Assembly (NCBI GenBank): GCA_043228905.1
Contig: JBHGNT010000010.1
Coordinates: 18,104,001 to 18,168,000 of the forward strand
Direction: 5' to 3'
DNA length: 64,000 nt
Origin: Azolla caroliniana
Lineage: Eukaryota; Plantae; Polypodiophyta
In this document: positions 52,801 to 61,015 of the stretch, one piece after another
Position numbering within the stretch: the stretch's first letter is position 1
How the letters are laid out: the number at the start of each line of letters is the position of its first letter
The notes under the pieces: generated by a model
What the model was told of the DNA's origin: nothing
The model's database searches: none
What the model saw: the letters and a program-made list of their open reading frames with translations, nothing else
Program-made: the position numbers and the translations under genes

Positions 52801-53438
52801 CGAATTGACTCCGGTAACTTGAGGGACAGAACCGACTGGTCTTCCCGAATGTTGCCGAGTCGGAGTGAGCCCGGTTCGCTTCCGAATATATATGCCAAAT
52901 ACCGATTATTGAAACCGATTGTCTGGACCGATTCTGCTTCGGGTGACTGCAGCGACGAGAGAGACGGATCCAACTGATCCTCCCGAATGTCGATCAGCCG
53001 GATGAAGCACAAATTTGGGTTGTTGTCTTGAGACCGATCTGCACCGAGTGGTTACAACGAGCGGCGAGCAGCGTTTGATGACCTCTTCGGATGCCGTTTA
53101 ACCGAGTGGAGCACGATCGTGTCAATGTTGGACAAGGGGATTTCACCTCGAGCGGTTACGATCACAAGGAACAGAGTACAACCGGCTGGCTTACTCCAAG
53201 CGAAGATGATCTAACGCGATGAGATGCAAGCCTCGTTTTTTCTTCTTCTTCTCTCTTCTTCGAATGACGCAAGAAACCGAATGCTGTGCAGGCTGAGACG
53301 ACGGCCGACAGCGAGTTGAAGGACCGAATACTGTGCAGGCTCTGATACCAGATGTTGAAGACAAGGCCGTCAATGCGGAAGATCAAGTAGCATTCGATTG
53401 GGGGTTGAGTACCTGCGTATGACAGTTTCTGAGATCGT

Positions 53439-53480
<42 letters not shown>

Positions 53481-53665
53481 CACAAAAGACTCTTCCTATT
53501 CAATAGAAACAATAATACAACCAACCTTACAAAAAGGTTACAAGGTCACTATATATAGTGACCGACTTAGGGCAACTACCATTTATGCTAATTACACAAA
53601 TGGCCCAAACTTGATCTATACAAAGGGATAGTGTGAATACGTCCATTATACACTTGTATTCGACA
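49829..53665 (-). mobile_element. 3'-truncated Ty1/copia; 5' LTR 53353-53665, Met PBS 53339-53350, gag start ~52654
   Basis: CNYCKKPGHIKADC; WLLDSGAS; VHSDVCG; RTDNGGEF; RT breaks off after AFLHGDLE; in-frame stops at ~52587 and 50516; no 3' LTR. Confidence 0.9.
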
Positions 53666-54888
53666 ACTTGTACCGTCGGGGTAATGACACGATCTACTTC
53701 GGAGGTGTGTAACAGACCACGACGTCGTCACCACCCTCGAACAAGCTCATTGCGAGGGTGGAAGTGGTCATTTCAATCACGAGACTACTGCACGCAAGAT
53801 CCTCCAGTCCGGCCTATGGTGGCCAACACTCTTCAAAGACACATACGAGTACGTACGCCGTTGTGACGAGTGCCAACGTTTCAAACACCCACTAAAAGCG
53901 GATTTCAATACGTTAAACTCGGTGGTGGCATGACAACCATTCGAGAAATGGGGTATCGACTTTATCGGCCCAATCAGCCTAGCTTCCAACCTCAACCAAT
54001 ACATAATAACTGCCACCGACTACGCTATCAAGTGGGTCGAAGCTAAAGCTTGCGTTAACGCCGATGCGCGTAGTACCGCCAAATTCCTATATGAAAATGT
54101 CATAGTACTGTTTGGATGTCCGCTTGAAATCATTAGTGACCAAGGCTCGCATTTCCTCAACGAAGTGATAGCACATTTACTAGGCGAATTTATGGTGACA
54201 CACCGCAAGAGTTCTCCTTATTACCCTTGATGCAACGGACAAGCGGAAAGCACGAATAAGGTGTTATGTGTTGTGCTCACAAAGATAATCGCCGCCTCAG
54301 GGTCTGATTGGAGCACCAAACTCCAAGCAGCATTATGGGCTTTTCGTACTTCCTACAAAGTCACAACTCGCCACACACCATTCAAACTAGTGTACGGGCA
54401 AGAAGCAGTATTACCCATCGAGTTCCTGGTCCCCTAAACTCGCCTTCTCACATTCCAGGCACTCTTGGTAGAGAAAGCCAATAGAAAGGTGTGGCATGAC
54501 AATAAAGTCAAGAACAAAGACCTCGCTGAAGGCGACATGGCCCTCAAATTCTCCTCTCAACGACACAAGAAGAAGCTTAAGTTACGGGGTAAAGGCCCGT
54601 ATGTGGTTTCGGAGATTACCAAGATAGGAAGGAGCATGTCACCTACGCACGCTCGAAGGTTTCGACATCCTCGAATTCATCAATGGGAGCAAGCTCAAAC
54701 GTTACTATGGATCCCTCACCCTCGAGGCTCTGCTCACGGCTCGACAACGAGAGGTAGAAGCCAAAATTAAGGCCTCTGAAGGTCGAATGGCCGGTCTCGA
54801 AACCGACCTGCGCAATACGCAAGCAAAATTGAAGCGAGAAGGACACACCCATCTGGCAGCCATGGCTAAGGCGGTCAACCCTAATTAA
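53666..54888 (+). pseudogene. host gypsy integrase with coiled-coil extension
   Basis: GHF..WWPTLFKD..CDECQR; WGIDFIGP; IISDQGSHF; NGQAESTNK; GPY; INGSKLKRYY; stops and frameshifts. Confidence 0.9.
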
Positions 54889-55578
54889 GGAACAATACAA
54901 CTACGATGCTGCGTCGACGACATGACTTTGACGGCGGTAATCGACACAGGAGCATCACTAACCCTTTTCTCCTTCGAAACATGGGGATGTCTAGGTTGCC
55001 CAGACCTTGAAGTGTGCAACGACAACTTTCGTGGCTTCGATGGTTCCACATCATGTTGCCTGGGAACTTTCGTGTGTAACATCAAGACCAAATACAACAC
55101 GCACTCAATCCAATTTCGGGTAGTCCTGCCCGAAGTGATGTACGCACAATGCCTGCTCGGTTTAGATTGGTGTCACATAAGCGAATGTCTCCTATCACCC
55201 AACAAACACATCGTCTCCTTCCAAACGGGAGATGGACTGAAGTCCGAAGACCTCGTCGCAACAACACTCGAATCATACCCCGTTGACCTCGATGACCCCC
55301 AAAGCATGGAGTTGCCCAAACAAACAGCACGCCAACTCCCACCGGCCATCCATGATCAGCGCGAAACTAACATTAGAACACAAACACCCAAACCACGGGA
55401 ATGGGTGAACGTCCACGCAGTTTTCGCTGACGGACCACGCTACGGAGAATGTGCCATGTGTCGAGTTAGAAAAATACTCACAACCGCACAAGGTTGGCAC
55501 AATGGCGCCACTAGCTTCTGGGTCCCGAAATCGACTCCCCGCTCGCGATCGGACCACCCCTGCATGCGATCTCGATGA
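54889..55578 (+). pseudogene. second retropepsin-like aspartic protease domain behind the integrase
   Basis: AVIDTGASLTLFSFETW..FRGFDGS..LGTF..CLLGLDW, in the same frame as the integrase C-terminus. Confidence 0.75.
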
Positions 55579-55815
55579 ACCCCTAGGCGCGGAGTCGCTC
55601 AACCAAACAGAATACCAGCACCCACTGACCATCTAGGACCAGCGCGACGCTAATATAAGAACGCAGACACCCGAACCACGGGAATGGGTGAACGTCCATG
55701 TGGTTTTTGCTGACGGACGACGCTGTGGAGAACCTGCCATTTGGCGAGTCAGAAAGACACTCACAACTGCACAAGGTTGGCACAAAGGCGCCACTAGCTT
55801 TTGGGTCCCGAAATG
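55353..55815 (+). repeat. duplicated ~60-codon module, copies ~285 bp apart
   Basis: DQR..NIRTQTP.PREWVNVH.VFADG.R.GE.A..RVRK.LTTAQGWH.GATSFWVPK occurs twice. Confidence 0.85.
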
Positions 55816-56805
55816 AAGCCAGCTCCCCAATCATGATCATACCACGCCCGCATGGGACACCCGAAAATCACACACATTAGTCTGATATCCCGCCCAGGTT
55901 AAAGCCACAAAAATCGACAAGCCTAAACAACTGAGAGGCCGAACACCCCATAGGAAGGCTTCACAAATCTTCCCCATCCCCTTAACAAACATGTCACAGG
56001 TTTGGGTCCTTAAACGTCACGAGCCCGGAACCTCACACGATACTCGAGTGACACTCCCCTGTGGACCCCCGTTCAACCCCACCGCCCGCATGCCAACCTT
56101 AGCCACCTCGCAGTTTCTTAATTATCGTCGGCATTCGAATCTTTTTCTTCGATTGCTCCTTGCCCTCACGGCCTCGCGTTCCCTTTGGTTGTCCCCTCAT
56201 TGCCTTGGTTTATTTTTTATTATTTTTATTTTTAATATTTTTATTTTTCTTATTTTTAATTTTCATTATTATTATTTTTAATTATAATAATAATAATTTT
56301 ATTATTTTATTTTCTATTTTCTATTTATTATTATTTATTTATTATTATTATTATTTTCTTCTTCTTCTTCTTTCTTCTTCTTTTCTCTACCCCCCCCTCT
56401 CTCTCTTTTTTTAGCGATCCTTATTCTTCTTTTCCCCTTCCCTCTCGCAACCCCGTTCTCCGCAACACTCTTCTCCCTCCCCCCCCACAACCTTTCTCTC
56501 CTCCACCCCCTCACCCCTCTCTCTATTCGGTGCCCTTGCACCCCCACCCTCGGCATTCCTGCTCCTACCCCATTAGTCGCCTGCCTCGGCCGCTGCCTCG
56601 TCTCCTACACACCCTGCTTATCCACGCCTTGGGTAGGCCTTCCCTCTTCCCTCTCGTTTTGCCACACGTCTTCCTCACCTGCACTTCGATCCTCTGTGGC
56701 AGCCATGGCCACCGCCATGACGCTGCCTCCCCTCCTCCTATCGTCGGTCCATAACGGGCCACACAACCTTGTCGTTTTTCGTTCCCCCCCCGTGGCGGCC
56801 ATAGC

Positions 56806-57654
56806 TGTCGAGAACTCAACGCTCGTTATACGCAACGCTCGGCCACAACCGAGCTTAGAATCATACACAGAGAACAGGAAATGAAGAACGACACAATGGA
56901 AGAGAGGAGTACGCAGGATGTTTAACATGGAAAACCCCAAGCTAGGGGAAAAACCACGGCAGCCCTATCACTAGGTTAGTATGTACAACAGTGAGTTCAC
57001 GGAGGCAACGACCTCGTGCTCACAATCTTTACCACAGGCGGCGGTTACAACAGAGGCAACGACCTCTTTCTCTCTCTCTCTCTCTATACACTGTTCCACG
57101 CTCTGATCTCACACAGACAAGAAATAATAACAACAACAGTAGTGACTAAAAGTTTGCCCTAAGTCATATTTATACTAATATGACTTTTCGGCTATTTACA
57201 AATATAGCCTTGATGGACTCTCAGAAACATATTTGCGAATATGTCTCTTCATCCGGTTCTCACCGGTTCTGCACCATCCGGCTCTTTGTAGCCGGGTACT
57301 CCTCATATGGTCTCCACCGGGTCTGAACCATTCGGCTCTCCGTAGTCGGGTACTCCTCATTCGGCCTGCACCGGGTCTGCATCATCCGGCTCTCCGTAGC
57401 CGGGTACTCCTCATCCGGTCTTCACCGGGTCTGCATCATCTGGCTCTCCGTAGCCGGGTACTCCTCATCCGGTCTTCACCGGGTTTGCACCATCCGGCTC
57501 TCCGTAGCCGGGTACTCCTCATCTGGTCTTCACCGGGTCTGCACCATCCGGCTCTCCGTAGCCGGGTACTCCTCATACGGTTTTGGCCTCGGCCGAGTTT
57601 GTTCATCAGCACTGTTCTTCTCCCTTCCCATCCGGAGGGACCTGTCTCCCAACA
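56806..57654 (-). mobile_element. copia solo LTR related to the 32106-37576 LTR
   Basis: TG...CCCAACA; 5-bp TSD ATAGC; shares gctcggccacaaccgag, ccacaggcggcgg, gtttgccctaagtcatatttata and cccatccggagggacc; ~6 x 54-bp internal repeats (~57250-57580). Confidence 0.88.
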
Positions 57655-57829
57655 ATAGCCGCCGCCACATCGCTGCCTCCCCTCCTCATGTCACTGGCCG
57701 TTAAAGGGCCACACGACCTCGTTGTTTTTCGTTCCCCCCGAGGCGGCCATGACAGTGACCCCGTCGTTTCCACCCCTCCCCACGTTGTTGGCAGTTAACA
57801 GACCACTCCCCACGTTTCACGTTTCCCGC

Positions 57830-58181
57830 GTGTTCGAGGAGCCTAAATCCTCGAACCACACAATGTTCGAGGAGCCTAAGTCCTCAAACCACACAATGTT
57901 CGAGGAGCCTAAGTCCTCGAACCACACATTGTTCGAGGAGCCTAACTCCTGGAACCACACAGTGTTCGAGGAGCCTAACTCCTCGAACCACACATGTTCG
58001 AGGAGCCGACCTCGTCGAACCACACATGTTCGAGGAGCTGACCTCCTCGAACCCCACATGTCCGAGGAGCCCAACTCCTCGAACCGCACATTGTCCAAGG
58101 GGCATAACTCCTCGAACCACACATATTCGAGGAGCCTAACTCCCTGAACCACACACGTTCGAGGGGCCTAACCCCTCGAAC
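57830..58181. repeat. array of ~11 palindromic 32-33-bp units
   Basis: consensus tGTTCGAGGAG-cctaa-CTCCTCGAACcacaca. Confidence 0.92.
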
Positions 58182-58286
58182 AATATCCTTCCCGCTACCC
58201 TTCTGAACCCAAATTCCCCCACCTCGCTAATCGGGATTCGTCACCGAATTTAACTATACTAATCTTTTCCCTGCAGGTTGCAAACG

Positions 58287-58777
58287 ATGACGTCTCCTCA
58301 AATCATCAAACTCCTCCAAACATACTACCTCAACGCAGGGTGCGGTTCCTTAGTCATTCTAGTGGTGTTCAACAACACCCGATGTACTTACCGGGTCCCC
58401 ACGGCTGCCACGCAGCTCAAGTACCTCGAACCCGACGTGTTCGCCACCCTCTCATGACTTGGCCTCAAGTTCTTCCTCGGGATCGGGCCGTGGGACATCC
58501 TACCTGAGCTGGTCAACCGCTTCCTCACCTGGTACAACCCCGACACGAGCCACGTCGATATGCAGGCTTTCGCGGATTCCCCCCTCGTCGCATTCCAGTT
58601 CACCACGATCGATGTTTGCGCTACGCTGCATTTACCACTCGATGGCACCCCCTTCCGCACCACGAGGACCCCTGGAGTTGTCCCCGACATCATTCGTGCC
58701 GCCTACGCCAAATATTCTGGACGAGAAGGTTGGCGTTACACCGAAATCCCTCTCCATCTCCACGACCGTTGTAGCGC
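58287..58777 (+). pseudogene. extra 3' ORF of the host gypsy (env-like position), preceded by a splice acceptor and cut by an LTR insertion
   Basis: CTAAT-cttttccctgCAG|gttgcaaacgATG; reads MTSPQIIKLL..S*LGLKFFLGIGPWDILPELVNRFLTWYNP..FQFTTIDVCATLHLPLDG with one TGA. Confidence 0.55.
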
Positions 58778-61015
58778 TGTCGCGTTGTTACGCGCGTGCG
58801 TGGAGAAAGGCGGGACCACGGGGGCCTTGGACTAGGGAGTGACGGAGCGTAGGAAGTCGTACTTCACCGTTTCCGGGGCATCCCAGAAGCACACCGGAAG
58901 CAACCGAAGGGAGGGAGAGAGAGAGAGGGAGCGCGCGCTTAACACCGACTCACGCACACACACGCACACACACACACATGCCGACCCGACTCACGCCCTT
59001 ATGTACAGGAAACGCAGGAAAAGGGAAGCACCCGACACCAACAGAGACGCGAATATACACAGACAGACGCAAATGTATATTTAAAAGGAAGAATACATTC
59101 CCGGCTTCGAGCCGGACCAAGGTAGGTTACAACAGTCATCTGCTGTCAAGCCGCCGTCGGGGAGCTCTCGACTCGTCGCGCCGAGCGGGGTCTTGCACAG
59201 GAGGCCGAGCCAAAGCAAACCCTAAGCAAAACACGAAGGGGAAAGAAGAAGAAGAAGAAGAAGAAGAAGAAGAAGAAGAAGAACTAACCCTAAATCTAAC
59301 AGTATACCCTCTAACGCAAAAATGGGCAACCCCCTCACAAAGGGCGCTCCCTTCCTTTTATAGAACAAGGAGAGGGATCCGTTACAACGTGGGATAAATC
59401 CCGACTTACATGGGATCGTCTCCCGACTTGACTACTCTTCGGCGCCATAAAGGCGCCCTCGTTATTCACACTAAATGTACATGGGTGCGTACACACGCTG
59501 CACCCCGCCGATGTAGCCAATGTTTCCCGATTTCCGCCTCTGGCCGAAATTCTTCACGACATCCGCCCCCACCTAACCGCACGTCCACCGGTACGTGCCA
59601 AATCCGGTGAAGGGTGAGAGATTTGGGCCCGTGAGAAACCGGTCTTCCGTGATCCGCATCCCGGATCGCTGCTGGTTTGATCCGTCAGCTTCGATTCTTC
59701 CTTCGCGCTTACCTCCCCGTAGGCTCGTTCGTCCTGTCGATGGGTCCTCTGCCGCAATCTCCGTAGTACGTGTACTTCCGTTGGCCCTTGTTCGGCCGTA
59801 TGAACGCCCCGCTTCCCGCCGTATGCTCGATGTCCTTCGCTTGAGGCATGCCCGTACTGGCCCGCTTGGCCTCCGTTGATCATTCGTGATGTCCTGATTG
59901 TCGTCCCATGTTGTTTCGCGTTGCCATCGTTCTCTCGCCGCCACCTTCCTTCTCCATGGTCTTACATCGCCACGTCGGCTCGAACCGCCATGGTCTCCTG
60001 AATAGTGTGGAGGATCCCTTTTTGGCCTCCTACGCGCTACCTCCGAACCGCGCAACCTATCTCCGCGCTCGCCTTTCCGCTCTAGCACCTCCGTGCGCCA
60101 CATACCCTCGTCTGTTGTTTGGCACCGCCTGTGCCGTACTCCGGTTCATTGCACGCCTTGTCGGCCCCTTTCCCGGCCAGATCGGGCATCGCCGCTCACC
60201 CGCATACTGGTGTCCTCCGCATCCGAGGAACACCCCGTAGTAGCCTACTTGGCCCTTCCCGTCTTCGTGTTGTTGCAACAGGTCCCGAGTCTTCCGCTTG
60301 CCGTCGTCCCCTCGCCCCACCAGCTTGTCACCCCGGCTTGCCGTGTAAGTCTTCGCTACTTCGACGGAGCTACCGAGATCTACGAATCGAGTGTGGAGGA
60401 TCCTCCTCCGGCCTCTCTTGCCATCCCCTGACTCCGACCTTGTGCAGTCCACTAGGCACCCGTCACCTCGTTCGCGGCACCTCCCTTGTGCCGTCTTCCG
60501 ATTCCTTTGTTCGGCACCGCTTGCGCCGAACGCCGTCCCGTAGTCACGCTTTGATCCGGCCCGCGTTGGCCACTAGCGAGACTCTTATTCCGTCCCAGGT
60601 GTGCCTTTCCGGCCCGACACACCTCCTTGTGTTTGCCCCTACCAGCTACTTCCGAAACCGTAACCGGCCAGTGAGGGTTCCACACTTCGTCCGCCCCGTC
60701 TTATCGACTCTCGATCCGCTACCTCGTGTCATTGGGTCCCGTTCCCTGCCGCCACCGTCCTTCTCCCTAGGTCGCACGTTGCCACGTTGGCCGAACTGCC
60801 GGAGTCTCCGGATCGGTGTGAGGGTCCCATAGGACCTGTCTTTGTTTCATCGCTTGCCGAGATCGGGGTGTCTTTTGTCGGAGTCCTTCACGACTCTCCT
60901 CGTGTCTTCCGCGTAGTCGGGTCCCGTTTCCCACTGCTACCAACCTTCTCTCTCGGTCTCATGTTGCCACGTTGGCCGAACTGCTGGAGTCTCTGGATAA
61001 GTGTGGGGATCCCGT
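58778..61015 (-). mobile_element. 3' LTR (58778-59561), PPT and non-coding internal region of another Trp-group element; continues past the nested insertion
   Basis: TGTCG...CTTCACGACA followed by tccgcccccacctaaccgc, the same as at 42596; the adjacent 1.45 kb lacks integrase motifs. Confidence 0.8.

Larger units (their letters stand above)
29605..58777 (+). mobile_element. large non-chromovirus Ty3/gypsy host element (Athila/Selgy-like) with multiple nested insertions; 3' end outside the window
   Basis: LTR, gag, protease, RT, RH, IN and extra 3' ORFs appear in order once the insertions are removed; frames rejoin across TSDs (QP|FPQK, LRLT|FEKCR). Confidence 0.8.

Noticed and set aside
57830-58181. 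CRISPR-like palindromic array
   Set aside because: No unique spacers, no cas genes, eukaryotic retroelement context; reported as a hairpin tandem repeat.
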